From the NCBI RefSeq assembly GCF_001194135.2, contig NC_068996.1:22510850-22574849 (forward strand): a stretch of DNA of 64,000 nucleotides. The letters are read 5' to 3'. Position numbers and translations under genes: made by a program. Below are positions 51,465 through 63,960 of the stretch, piece by piece (within the stretch, counting starts at the first letter, position 1; each line of letters starts with the position of its first letter). A model generated the notes under the pieces. That model saw only the letters and a program-made list of their open reading frames with translations, was not told the DNA's origin and made no database searches. Source of the stretch: Octopus bimaculoides (lineage: Eukaryota).

Positions 51465-52100
51465 TATCTTTTCATGCTGGCATAGGTTAGTGCAACAGGA
51501 TCTGATAATTAAGAGGACAACATGCTCAAATGTTTTGGCTTGTTTTTTTGTTTTTTTTTTCTTGTATGTTCTTTCTAATGCCAACCATTTTACAGTGTGC
51601 CAGGTTCTTTTTTCATGGCACTGCTAGTAGAGAGGTCACCTTACAAGACAGAAAGACCTATAGGGGGCCTCTATAAATGAAAGGAATAAGAGTGATTATA
51701 ATGACTTTAGGAGAGGTAATGAGAGAGGGTGAAGTTTGTAAGAACAGATTTATAGTTGTGAGAGTATTGTAGTGAAGAAAGTAACAGTAGTCACTATTGA
51801 GGCAAAGAAAGGGATTAATGTCATGAGGAGTGGGGTGAGAAAGGGAAGGACAGTAGTGAAAGCCATAAAGTGGATTGTGTAGAGGTGGGGTATTCATCTC
51901 TCCATACATAAGGACAAGAATGGATGAAAGGTGTGGGAGAAGGGGACATGAGAAAAAATAAGTGAAGGTCCAGAGTCAAGTGGGAGAGTAAACCAGACAA
52001 ATGTATGTTAAAGATAGCTGAGGACAGTAGAAAAAGAGGGAAGAGAAATGATGGATGGCAGTGGATGAGTGAATTAATATAAGTAATATGACAAGATAGG
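51465..52100 (-). mobile_element. Old retroelement with RTE-like tail and purine-rich tract on the + strand
   Basis: ttttcatgctggcatagg, ttctaatgccaaccattttacagtgtg, then a GA-rich stretch; same layout as 33490 and 57745. Confidence 0.45.
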
Positions 52101-54116
52101 GTGATGATTTTATATATATATATATATAAATAAAATGTATGTATATATATACACTATGTACACACGCACACAGAAACAAGAAAGAGCAGGTGACAACTAA
52201 CAATAGAAAGAAATTTGTTTCTTACAATTGTATTACATTAAAAAAAATCATATATATATACTTTGTTTTGGTATTTTTGCTTCATCTTACACTGATATAT
52301 TACATAAATATAAATGTAGTATTTATGACAGACAGTTTGCTGCAGCAGTAAAATTGTCTGAGAAGTCTGTCTGCAATCTGGTTTCGACTCTCAATTGGAA
52401 CCACTTCATATCACTCGTCTTTATTATACTTGGTTAAAGGTGTGAAGATCGCAATTTCCTCTTACCTTCACCCAATTCCTAAGCAGTTGTGTGTCTTTAA
52501 AAAACCACTACCAATGAAAATTTTATCTTCAACTTGTATAAGTTCCCCATACTCTAAATTGGCAAGGTATGAGCAATTGGTTTCAAATTTGGGTTTGTTT
52601 GTTTGTTTTCTTAATAATAATTCTAACCTCATTAAAACTTGTTAAAAAGAATTTCATATATANNNNNNNNNNNNNNNNNNNNNNNNNNNNNNNNNNNNNN
52701 NNNNNNNNNNNNNNNNNNNNNNNNNNNNNNNNNNNNNNNNNNNNNNNNNNNNNNNNNNNNNNNNNNNNNNNNNNNNNNNNNNNNNNNNNNNNNNNNNNNN
52801 NNNNNNNNNNNNNNNNNNNNNNNNNNNNNNNNNNNNNNNNNNNNNNNNNNNNNNNNNNNNNNNNNNNNNNNNNNNNNNNNNNNNNNNNNNNNNNNNNNNN
52901 NNNNNNNNNNNNNNNNNNNNNNNNNNNNNNNNNNNNNNNNNNNNNNNNNNNNNNNNNNNNNNNNNNNNNNNNNNNNNNNNNNNNNNNNNNNNNNNNNNNN
53001 NNNNNNNNNNNNNNNNNNNNNNNNNNNNNNNNNNNNNNNNNNNNNNNNNNNNNNNNNNNNNNNNNNNNNNNNNNNNNNNNNNNNNNNNNNNNNNNNNNNN
53101 NNNNNNNNNNNNNNNNNNNNNNNNNNNNNNNNNNNNNNNNNNNNNNNNNNNNNNNNNNNNNNNNNNNNNNNNNNNNNNNNNNNNNNNNNNNNNNNNNNNN
53201 NNNNNNNNNNNNNNNNNNNNNNNNNNNNNNNNNNNNNNNNNNNNNNNNNNNNNNNNNNNNNNNNNNNNNNNNNNNNNNNNNNNNNNNNNNNNNNNNNNNN
53301 NNNNNNNNNNNNNNNNNNNNNNNNNNNNNNNNNNNNNNNNNNNNNNNNNNNNNNNNNNNNNNNNNNNNNNNNNNNNNNNNNNNNNATGGATTGATAATAA
53401 ATCTGATAGCCAATTTTGGATCATAAGAATATATTGAAAATAATTATCAACATATGAAGCTTTGTTTATATTTCTTACTTATTGCAATTATTTTTTCTTT
53501 TTCTTCCACTTGTTTATTTTGAAATACATTTTAAGGCGTGTAAATGTTGCGAAACGCTGGAAAAAGCATAAGAAACAAAAGAGAATAAGAAAAAGAAACA
53601 AGGATGAGAAAAGAATAATATATTTTAGAAGTAATTCCAATGTGGATGTAAGTGTATTTACGAGGACAGTTTTGTTGATGTTTATGTATTTTCTTCGTCT
53701 ACATCATTAATGTTCACTAACAAATTGATATAACTAACACACTTTTCTTAAAAAGTTTGAATCTGTCATTGAATTGGCTGAATACAAACAATACTTATAT
53801 TATTGTAGAAAATTAAGTACATTAAAAATGAATATTTCCTTGTGGAAAGGGAGCTATTTTTTTGTGGAATAGTTAACATTTCCTAAGAGTCACAATAATC
53901 AATAGAATTGACACTCACCTCTAGATTCCATAGCTTTAAGTAGATGAAAGATATTCTGTACAAGAATGCTTATTTGTCTGTATATATGTGTAATATATAT
54001 AAGTGAAGGAAGCAGAATGAATATCAAATGGCAATCTTTGTATCCTAGAACAACAAATACCATGAAATTTGGTCTTGAGTGAACCTCTCATACAGATGCA
54101 AAATACTGAGAACACA

Positions 54117-54147
<31 letters not shown>

Positions 54148-54387
54148 CATTTGCAGATGAGAACCATCTGGCATGAGTGCTAGAACTGTCGGATCATATT
54201 TCCATGTACTCTACTTCTTCAGTGACAGGTGCTTTATTGCCAAATATCACTGAGAATGATACATAGAATAATAGTGACTTTACAGGTGAGTGCACAGCAA
54301 CCTGCATATGTATGCGTGTGTGTATATATATATATTATATATATATATGTGCGATCTTCACACCTTTAACCAAGTATATATATATAT

Positions 54388-54746
54388 GTTGTTGTTGGCA
54401 CTCCGTCACTTACGACGCCGAGGGTTCCTGTTGATCCGATCAACGGAACAGCCTGCTCGTGAAATTAACGTGCAAGTGGCTGTGCACTCCACAGACACGT
54501 GTACCCTTAACGTAGTTCTCGGGGATATTCAGCGTGAATACAGGCACAACAGAAACAGGAAGTAAGAGTGAGAGAAAGTTGTGGTGAAAGAGTACAGCAG
54601 GGTTCGCCACCATCCCCTGCCGGAGCCTTGTGGAGCTTTAGGTGTTTTTGCTCAATAAACACTCACAATGCCCGGTCTGGGAATCAAAACCGTGATCCTA
54701 TGACCACGAGTCCGCTGCCCTAACCATTGGGCCATTGCACCTCCAC
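54388..54746 (-). mobile_element. Young tRNA-derived SINE (tRNA-Arg-like head), resembling octopus OR-type SINEs
   Basis: Minus strand gtggaggtgcaatggcccaatggttagggcagcggactcg..ggttttgattcccagacc (A/B boxes), ending gacggagtgccaacaacaac; head related to 15655. Confidence 0.8.
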
Positions 54747-55149
54747 ATATATATGTATATATCCGAGTTACATACGTTAATGAATTTGTGTTGCAAGATT
54801 CCTGATGTGAAATAAGTAGAGCAAGAGTACACATAGAGAAGGAAAGTGTCACTGAAGAGGTCATAGATGTGTGACGAAAGATTTCTAGACAATGGACATG
54901 AGTTAGAATATGAACAGTAATAAATTAGTGAAGAATGAATATAGTGCATATGTTTATTTGACAAAAAAAAAATTAATAAAGTGACCGTCCCGAAATACAA
55001 CAATGTATATATATGTTTTAGTGTATACTTATACATGTATATATATATATATATATACACACACAAATGTATGTACATACATATTTATATATACATATAG
55101 ATCTATATATGTATATTTATATCTGTGTGTGTATATATGTGTATGTATA

Positions 55150-56525
55150 CATTTATATATGCAAGAGCCTTAAAATCAATATTGCAAAAACCAAAGTCAT
55201 AGTAAGTAGGAAGGCGAACACTTCACAAACCCCATCAGGTAGATGGCCCTGCTTGATCTGTAGAAAAGGTATAGGTAGAAACTCCATAAGATGTACCCAG
55301 TGTAAGCTATCGACATATAAGGGGTGCAGCAACATCAAAGGAAGGTTAACCAGGAAGATAGCTTTTGTGCGTGGCAGATGCACAGAAAACTGATTCCATC
55401 ACATGCCAGAAGGAGAAACAAGGCCTGGGCAAAGTTCAGAAAGCTCCTACCTCTACTGGTGACAAGGAGCATTTCATTCAGAGTGAAAGGTAGATTGTAT
55501 GATGCATGTGTGCGAATTGCCATGAAACATGGGCCGTGACTGCTGAGGACATGCGTAGGCTTGAAAGAAATGAAGCTANNNNNNNNNNGCGAATTGCCAT
55601 GAAACATGGGCCGTGACTGCTGAGGACATGCGTAGGCTTGAAAGAAATGAAGCTAGTATGATCTGCTGGATGTATAATGTCAGTGTGCACACATGACAGA
55701 GTGTAAGCGTCCAGAGAGAAATGTTGGACATAAGAAGCATCAGATGTGGTGTTCAAGAGAGACGACTACACTGATATGCTCATGTGCTGCATATGGATGA
55801 GGAGAGCTGTGTGAAGAAGTGTCACTACCTAACAGTGGAAGAGGGAGACCCAGGAAGATATGGGATGAGGTCGTGAAGCGTTGGGCCTCACAGTGGCAAT
55901 GACAAAAGACCAAAACTTCTGGAGATATGCTGTGATTGAGCAGACCTGGCAAGTAAAGTGAGATCACAGTCATAGCCTACACCAGTGTTGCATAACCAAT
56001 CAATTTAAAAAGTACTTTCGAATCCTTGGGCAACATGCCATGCTTGAGGAAACCTAGTGAGTCAAGTAAATCAAAATCAAAATCAAATCAAATGGAAATT
56101 GTAGTTGTGGCCTATGCCAGGGCCGCCTGACTGGCTCCCATGTTGGTAGCATGCAATAAGCACCATTCATGCATAAGTTGTTGCCAGTGCCGCTTGACTG
56201 GCTCACTGTGCTGGTGGCATGTAAAAAGCACCATCTGCACATGGTCGATGCCAGCATCCCTGCCCTGACTGGCTTCTGTGTTGGTAGCTTGTAAAAAGCA
56301 CCATCCAAACATGGCCAATGCCAGTGCCGCCTGACTGGCTCCTGTGCTGGTGGCATGTAAAAAGTACCCACAACATTCTCAGAATGGTTGGCATTAGTAA
56401 GGGCATCCAGCTGTTGAAATATGATCAGATTGGAGCTTGTTGCGGCTGCCTGGCTTGCCAGTCCCCAGTCAAACCGTCCAACCCATACCAGCATGGAAAA
56501 CTAATGTTAAACGATGATGATGGTG
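55150..56525 (+). mobile_element. 5'-truncated RTE-type LINE: ORF C-terminus, repeat-bearing 3' UTR and (GAT)n tail
   Basis: KTKVIVSRK..WPCLICRKGIGRNSIRCTQCK (Cys-rich insert), WAKFRKLLPLLVTRSISFRVKGRLYDACVR; tail ccagcatggaaaactaatgttaaacgatgatgat. Confidence 0.85.
56116..56372 (+). repeat. Four tandem 65-70-bp units in the RTE 3' UTR, each with a GCCAG..CTGGC stem-loop
   Basis: gccagtgccgcctgactggctcctgtgctggtggcatgtaaaaagcaccat-like units near 56116, 56183, 56250 and 56320. Confidence 0.8.
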
Positions 56526-56547
56526 ATTATGATGCATGAATGTGTGT

Positions 56548-57120
56548 GTATACAGGGTGCAAACAGTACACATTTGCATGATGACTGTCTCAGGAATAAA
56601 TAGAGGTTTTTATTTTCTGAGATATATTCATCAAATTTAGGTCAGTTTGCCTTTATGATGTTCTGTCAATCTCACTCGAACACGCCATTGGCCTTGATGA
56701 CAGCCTCCAGGTGATCTTGGAACTAGCCATAGGCCTTCGTCACTATTTCCCATTTTAGGCCCTTGAAGGTCGTGGTAATCTCAGCTCATCCTTTGTGTTG
56801 CAGCTTGATTTTTTGGTCTCTCATTCCACTGTGCATGAAGAAGTCAAAGGGTTTGCAGTCAGATGAGTTGGGAGGCTAAATGTCAGGCACTGTGTGATCA
56901 AAGAAATTCTCCAACAGCCAGGCCTAGGTCTTTCGTTTGGTGTGACAGGGTGCAGAGTCTTGCTACCCAGTCAATCCCAAATCTTCCAGCTCCTTTCTGA
57001 CCTTTTCCACTATCCTTCTGCTGATGTTGAGGAAGTCTGAAATCTTTTTTGTCCTTCCAGCAGAGATTCCAAGGAGGACTCCATGCCTCTTTCACAAATT
57101 GTGGAGTTCAAAATGTTCCG
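56548..57120 (-). mobile_element. Degenerate DD37D (maT-like) transposase remnant
   Basis: Minus strand QDSAPCHTKRKT*AWLLENFFDH..PPNSSDCKPFDFF; TA-CAGGGTG end near 56549; same family as 12600-13460. Confidence 0.65.
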
Positions 57121-57713
57121 TAGTCAATTATTCTAGAAGTAAAAAAGCAAAAATTCATATTTGTTTTTTTAAGGAAAAAAAGACTGACAAAGAAAAAATA
57201 TGTGTAAAATTAGCAGTTGAAAATTCCAAATGAATACCATCTGCACTTTGTATATATTTGTATGTATGTGTATGTATATATGCATATATATATATATGAA
57301 TCAAGTAAAGGTAATAAACCTCATTATGGGATCATTTTCTCCTTATTCTTTATATATGTTCATATATGTGTGCATTTACATATGTGTCTTTGCATGTATG
57401 TGTGTATATATATATATATATATTCAGAGTGTTTTGGAAATTCCTTGATACAGTTATAATATTTGGAGAGAAGATTTTTTTCTCAAAGAGTTAAGATTGA
57501 GAAAAGAACCTTTTTAGAAAATAGAAAGGCACTAATCTTTGAGAAGAGATTTCATTACATATATGTAATAATACATGCTTGAAAACGTTAAGAACTGAAA
57601 GCACATCTATAAAAGCAAAAACCACACAAATTTTGTGAAATCTCTTCCCAAAGGTTAGTGTCTATCGACTTTCTAAAAAGGTTCTTTTCTCAATCTTAAC
57701 TCCTTGGAATCTC

Positions 57714-57744
<31 letters not shown>

Positions 57745-58560
57745 CATCATCATTTAACATCCATTTTCCATGCTGGCATAGGTTGGATGGTTTGACAGGA
57801 GCTGGTGAGCCAGAAGACTGCATCAGGCTTCACTGTCAGTTTTGGTATGGTTTTTATTGCTTGATACCTTTCCTAACACAAACCATCTGACATAGTCGAC
57901 AGTACTTTTTACATGCCATCAGCATCATCGATGTCTGTTTTGGCAGTTTTTACAGCTGGATGCTCTTCTTCCAAATGCTGACCATTTTGCAGTGTGGACT
58001 GGATGCTTTTACATGGTAAGAGCACTGGTGAGGGGTCACCAAGTAACTCATAAGACAAAGATCCTTTGAGAGAAAAGTGGTCTTGTGTCAGGTGATGTGG
58101 GGTTAAAGTTTGACTGAGGGACACAAATAGGTATCTTACTGTAGAGGAGATATATGGTTATCCAGTCAGAGGGATAGAGCAATAGAAAGAAATGGTGGTG
58201 AGTGCAAGGGTATACCCTCAAGGCACAGGGATCAGAATATATATGGGATGGTAGCATAGTTAGTAGGAACTTCGCTTGAATACAAAAAGTGGAGAGTGGA
58301 GGAATGCAGTGATGGGTGAAATATGGGTATATAGAGAAAGTAGAGGACAACAGGATAGTAATGGTACAGTGGGAAGGGTAGGATTGGAGAGTGAGAAATA
58401 AGAATAAGCGCAGGATTGGAGAGTGAGAAATAAGAATAAGCGCAGGATTGGGGAGTGAGAGAGCATAGTGCATGAAAAAGAAGAAATGTGAGGAAGAGGA
58501 GAGATGTAGCTTGGTTTGTTGGAGTAGGGTTTGTCAAAAATTTTATCACTACATGTGAGG
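57745..58560 (-). mobile_element. Old retroelement with RTE-like tail and purine-rich tract containing a 32-bp tandem repeat
   Basis: catcatcatttaacatccattttccatgctggcatagg tail; AGGATTGGAGAGTGAGAAATAAGAATAAGCGC x2 plus a partial copy (58380-58462). Confidence 0.6.
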
Positions 58561-58730
58561 GGAACACAGAGCTCAGTTTTTCTCAAATGGGCAGGTCTTT
58601 TCGAGAAACTCATATTGCCAGACATTTCACTCCATTGTCATCCATGAAGCCCAAACTCCTGAGATCAGTCCTCACTATTTCATCTGATGTCTTCCTAGTA
58701 TCTCTTTTGTCCACAGGTGCCATATATATA

Positions 58731-59305
58731 TGAGGGGAAGTCAAAAATTATCTTCACTTTTGCCATAGCATATCTTTATTATTGTCACACTGCCTTCTGC
58801 ACATCCGTGCTTATAGTTGGTAGCATTGTGGTCACGTGATTGAAGTTCGAGCCTGATCACGTCATTTTTCTTTCTGGCTTTACAGTGGCCACTCTCCTAG
58901 CAATGTGCAACAAAGATGAACAAAGAGCAGTGATTAGATTTCTCTGGTGTGTCAGATGCTGAAATTCATTGGAGGCATTTAGCACAATACGGGGACAGTG
59001 CACTATCACGTAGAAGCATGTATGAGTGGATTGAGAAGTTTAAAAGTGGCTGGACAAGCATGATGCACGAAAAGGGAGTGGGATGCCCATCAACCCCACC
59101 ATTAATGAAAAGATTCCGCAAGCTTGAGAGATGGTAGAGCGGCCATGCTTATGCTGTAAAGCCAGAAAGAAAAATGGTACAGTCAGGCTCAAACTTTGAT
59201 CACGTGACCACAATAGTACCAACTCTATGCACGATGCAGAAAGCAGTGTGACAATAATAAAGATATGTTATGGTGAAAGTGCAGGTAATTTTCGACTTCC
59301 CCTCA
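58731..59305 (+). mobile_element. Mariner-derived MITE with about 130-bp TIRs and an N-terminal transposase remnant
   Basis: TA-TGAGGGGAAGTCAAAAATTA.. / ..TAATTTTCGACTTCCCCTCA-TA; interior EQRAVIRFLW..AEIHWRHLAQYGDSALSRRSMYEWIEKFKSG. Confidence 0.9.
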
Positions 59306-59317
59306 TATATATATATA

Positions 59318-60410
59318 TATCATCATCATCATTTAACGTCCACTTTACATGCTAGCATGGGTTGGGCGATTTCTAACGTGCCACCAGCACAAGTGCTAGA
59401 AGGTTCAAATGGTGCTATTTATGGGCCACTAGCATGGAAGCCAGACAGCTGCTCTGGCAATGAACACACTCAACAGTGCTGTTAGTGCTCCACTGGTGTG
59501 GTGCCAGTCATCGAGTATGGTTCAATTACGATTTCACTTGCCCCAACAGGTCTTTGCAAGCAGAGTTTAGGGTCCAATGAAGGAGAGGTTGGCATGGGTG
59601 CCAGTCGTCGGATTCGGTTCAATTTTGAATTCAGATTTCAAATTTCAAATTCCAAATTCCGAATTCACTTGCCTCAACAGGTCTTCGCAAGCAGGGTTTT
59701 TAGTGTCCAATGAAGTAAAGATACGAATTAGTGAGCTGGCTACACTTNNNNNNNNNNNNNNNNNNNNNNNNNNNNNNNNNNNNNNNNNNNNNNNNNNNNN
59801 NNNNNNNNNNNNNNNNNNNNNNNNNNNNNNNNNNNNNNNNNNNNNNNNNNNNNNNNNNNNNNNNNNNAAAGGTCCCGGTCACTGGTCATTGCCTCGGTGA
59901 AGCCTAAAGTTCGAAGGTCGTGCTTCACCACCTCATCCCAGCTCTTCCTGGGCCTACCTCTTCCACAGGTTCCCTCAACTGCTAGGATGTGGTACTTTTC
60001 ACACAGCTATCCTCATCCATTCTTGCCACATGACCATACCAGTGCAATTGTCTCTTTTGCACACCACAACTGATGCTTCTTAGGTCTAACTTTTCTCTCA
60101 AGGTACTTACACTCTGTCTAGTATGCACACTGACATTACACATCCATTGGAGCATACTGGTTTCATTTCTTGCAAGCTTATGCATGTCCTCAACAGTCAC
60201 GGCCCGTGTTTCACTGCCATGTTGCATGGCTGTTCGAACACATGTGTCATACAGTCTGCCTTTTACTCTGAATGAGAGGCCCTTTGTCATCAGCAGAGGT
60301 AAGAGCTCTCTGAACTTTATCCAGGCTATTCTTATTCTAACAGTTACACTTTCAGTGCACCCATCCCCCGCTACAAACTTGGTCACCTCGGTAGTGGATG
60401 CTATCAACTA
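59318..60410 (-). mobile_element. 5'-truncated RTE-type LINE (ORF end, gap, 3' UTR, tail)
   Basis: AWIKFRELLPLLMTKGLSFRVKGRLYDTCVRTAMQHGSET..LHWYGHVARMDEDSCVK; tail catcatcatcatttaacgtcc. Confidence 0.88.
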
Positions 60411-60465
60411 CTTCTAGTTTTTCTCCCTGGAGTGTGGCAGATTCTACCTACGCCTTTTCTACAGA

Positions 60466-61526
60466 TGGGTCATCCCATAAATAATGCGGTTTTTTTATAC
60501 CTCTTTTATTTTTCAAAATTAAGATAAAGTTCTTTTTCTCCTTCATTTTCTGCAATGCTCTTCCATTTATCTGGTAGACTTGCAAAATTCACTTGGCCGT
60601 GAGTAAAAATACTCCAGTACTGTTCTGACCTCATCTACAGAATTCATATTTTTCTGTCCAAATGATTTTGAAGACTGTGGAATAAATGGTAAACAGATGG
60701 GGCAATATCCAGCGAATATGGTGTGTGGGGCATCGTTTTCCATTCAAACTCTCCAGTCTTTGGAATGTCATCCTCACTGTATGTGGCCGAGCATTATCAT
60801 GGTGGAAGAACACCTTTTGTCTTGAAACCAAAGATGGTTGTTTTTCTTCTAGCGCTGACTTGAATGACCAAATCCAAACTTCTCTACTAGTTCCTCAACA
60901 GTTACGATGGGGCTTTTGTTCCACGAGAGTTTGCAGGACATCTTTGTCAAGATCTATAGATCTACCAGGATGAGGCTTGTCTTCTAGGCTATAGTTTCCA
61001 TATATATATATGTCATCATCATCATCATCGTTTAACGTCTGCTTTCCATGCTAGCATGGGTTGGACGATTTGACTGAGGACTGGTGAAACCGGATGGCTA
61101 CACCAGGCTCCAATCTGATTTGGCAGAGTTTCTACAGCTGGATGTCCTTCCTAACGCCAACCACTCTGAGAGTGTAGTAGGTGCTTTTACGTGCCACCCG
61201 CATACATAGATATAGTTTCCAGCTTATGTGTATTGTCCGATTCCTATATACTGCATTAATATTCCTCGCATTTTCTGATGCATTGTTACCTTTATTGAAC
61301 TCATAAAGCAATATATGCGAAATATGCTCCTTTGTTACTTCCATTATAGCTTTGAAAAAATAACTGTTAAAATCTAAATGCACTCTTCAAAACTTGCACT
61401 AAAAATAAGGACAAGGTAAAATTACTACCTGCTTTTATAGCAAGTTGATGCAAGTAGTTTATGCTGTTCCCCTATAACTTTTAGTTCATGCAGTTGAAAA
61501 AACCGCATTATTTATGAGATGACCCA
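60466..61526 (-). mobile_element. Internally deleted mariner element with both TIRs, interrupted by an RTE-tail insertion
   Basis: TIRs TGGGTCATCCCATAAATAATGCGGTTTT (60466) / AAAACCGCATTATTTATGAGATGACCCA (ends 61526); minus strand MEVTKEHISHILLYEFNKGNNASENARNINAVY, YSLEDKPHPGRS, FHHDNARPHT. Confidence 0.9.
61001..61210 (-). mobile_element. Young RTE 3'-end insertion nested in the mariner, with an 11-bp TSD
   Basis: TATAGTTTCCA at 60990-61000 and 61211-61221 flanks catcatcatcgtttaacgtctgctttccatgctagc.. sequence. Confidence 0.88.
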
Positions 61527-61719
61527 GTGTATATATGTAGAGGCATTTATGTGGATAAACAAATTAGATATATTAAATATAATTGTTTGGATATGAAACA
61601 TATGTATACATGCAAAACGAGAGAAAGCAAAGGGTGGAGACTTTCAGATGATGAATATTTAAGTATGAATATATAGATATAGTAAAAGATTCAACTTCCA
61701 CAGAGTACAAATGACAGAA

Positions 61720-62550
61720 AATTAAAGGGTTAGAAGAATGGTGTTAGAAGTCCAACCACTTATTCTAGGGGCTCAAAGATCCATAATAATGTTGGTAGAT
61801 GTAGATCATCATAATATGCAGCCATGATGGATGCAATCAACATTGGATAAGATGAGCCTTTGTCATCAGTGTAGAGAAGAGCTTACATGCAGAGAAGTTC
61901 AAAGATGGAAGGATTAAATGTAGAAAGCTAGCAGCTGTTTTAGAGGGGTAAAATATGAAGGTTGGTGGGGCTATGGGAGGTGTTGAGACAGAGAATTATG
62001 AGAGGAGAAAAGAGAGCTAGTTCAGGAAGAGTGAGAGAGTTAATAATGAGTGTATTAAAGGAGTTAGTAATAGAGGTGGAGAATTAAGAGGTGAATAGGA
62101 GGGGTTGGATAGATGGTAATTGAAAGGTAGTCTATTGTGTTGGGTTTGTGTATAGGTGTCAAAATTTAGGGATAGTAGCTATAGAATTATTGGAAGTTGA
62201 GATAGTAAGAGAAGGAATGGCAATTATTTGAGGTAGGGAAAGTGTTTAATTCAGTGACGGAAGGTGATTACTAAGGTATGAGAGAAGATAGAGGGAGATT
62301 GAGAGCAGGGGGTAGAAGGGTAGCTTGGGGGTCAAGATAGCAGTGGTTAGTACAGTAATGAATGAGAGTTGGTATTGGAGGGGGAGTACTAAGGTATCAA
62401 GAAGAGTATGAAGCTGAAAAGAGGGAGGGAGAGAGTGATAGTTAGTATCTGAATGGAATAGTTTTATTTGCTTTTGGCTGAAGGGGTGAAATGAGAAAAT
62501 AGAGAAAGAATACAACTTGTAAGGCTAGGTAAGGCTATGAGGGAGATGGA
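61720..62550 (-). mobile_element. Ancient eroded LINE (L2/CR1-like) reverse transcriptase remnant
   Basis: The pyrimidine-rich minus strand shows ordered, correctly spaced decayed motifs YQLSF (about YRPISL), FDT (about AFDT), LLAFYI (about LLFLLYI) and LYTDD (about LYADD). Confidence 0.4.
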
Positions 62551-62576
62551 TAATCCCTTCCTATTTGTTTTATGTA

Positions 62577-62625
<49 letters not shown>

Positions 62626-62874
62626 NNNNNNNNNNNNNNNNNNNNNNNNNNNNNNNNNNNNNNNNNNNNNNNNNNNNNNNNNNNNNNNNNNNNNNNNNNN
62701 NNNNNNNNNNNNNNNNNNNNNNNNNNNNNNNNNNNNNNNNNNNNNNNNNNNNNNNNNNNNNNNNNNNNNNNNNNNNNNNNNNNNNNNNNNNNNNNNNNNN
62801 NNNNNNNNNNNNNNNNNNNNNNNNNNNNNNNNNNNNNNNNNNNNNNNNNNNNNGTATATATGTATGTATATGTA

Positions 62875-63088
62875 TGTGTGTGTCTGTGTTTGTCCCCCCA
62901 GCATCGCTTGACAACAGATGGTGGTGCGTTTACGTCCCCGTAACTTAGTGGTTCGGCAAAAGAGACAGATAGAATAAGTACTAGGCTTCCAAAGTATAAG
63001 TCCTGGGGTCGATTTGTTCAACTAAAGGCAGTGCTCCAGCATGACCGCAGTCAAATGACTGAAACAAGTAAAAGAGTAAAAGAGAATA
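62875..63088 (+). mobile_element. 3' half of a family A SINE (5' half in gap)
   Basis: tgtgtctgtgtttgtccccc..tcgcttgacaac..aaatgactgaaacaagtaaaagagtaaaagag. Confidence 0.88.
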
Positions 63089-63129
63089 TATATATATATA
63101 TATATATACTACATATGTGGGAAGTTCTA

Positions 63130-63960
63130 TCTGTGGGTGTGTTTGAGGAGTTATTAGCTAACTCCCCCTACATCATTTTATCAATTTTGATGAAACTTGA
63201 CACGTGAGTAGAATTCATGTCTGGAAATCTCATGGCATACTCCAGAATGTTGAAAAAAATCATAATAGGGCCCCTGGAAGGGACCCTTATATATATATCT
63301 AATATATTTCATTTTAACAGCTAAGGGAAATAACCCATTCATTTTCCTAAATCATTTGGTATAAATCAAATTGAGTATTCTTATTTCTTTGTATTTGAAC
63401 TGTTAGAGTTATTTTCGCAATTTATCCAGTACAATCCTTAAACTAGTTAAATAGTATTTTCCTAAACAATACTTACTTCGGTTAGTGACTTATTCACAAA
63501 TATACCAACACTAGTGTTGCTGAGGGTAATATTCTCTGGGAATGCACAAAAGCCCTTTTCAGAGTTATTTACTTTGAATTGTTATTATCTCATTTCTGAT
63601 TAAGCTCTTATTACATAACATGCTTCAGGATTTTACTGTACATAACTTATTAGTTCTATATACTCCTAAGTTCTATATACTCTGGGAATGCATTAAAGCC
63701 CTTTTCGGGGCTACTTTATTTGAATTCTTACTATCAGGTAACTAATTTCATGTTATTACATAACTGACATCACAATTTCGGTATCCATAACCTATTAGGA
63801 ATTCCGAAAAACAAGAGCCTGTATAAGGAAGTTAGGTATTCTCTGTAAATGCACAAAAACTGTTCTAAAGGTTACATACTTTGCATTGGATTAGCGAAAC
63901 AACTATGAGAATAGAACCAAGGGATAAGCCCCACATTTCCAGGAATTACTGGGAACGTCA
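63130..63960. repeat. Unclassified repeat with three diverged ~150-bp subunits
   Basis: ctctg(g/t)(g/a)aatgca..aaa subunits at 63534, 63680 and 63841; upstream tcaattttgatgaaacttg motif. Confidence 0.45.

Noticed and set aside
52465-52553. Possible minus-strand exon with AG|GTAAGA donor (YGELIQVEDKIFIGSGFLKTHNCLGIG)
   Set aside because: All three frames contain a stop before the donor; no partner exons or homology recognised.
55512-55655. Apparent 66-bp direct duplication inside the RTE fragment; similar cases at 24610-24720 and 17330-17360
   Set aside because: The copies sit on either side of a 10-N gap, the signature of unmerged contig overlap.
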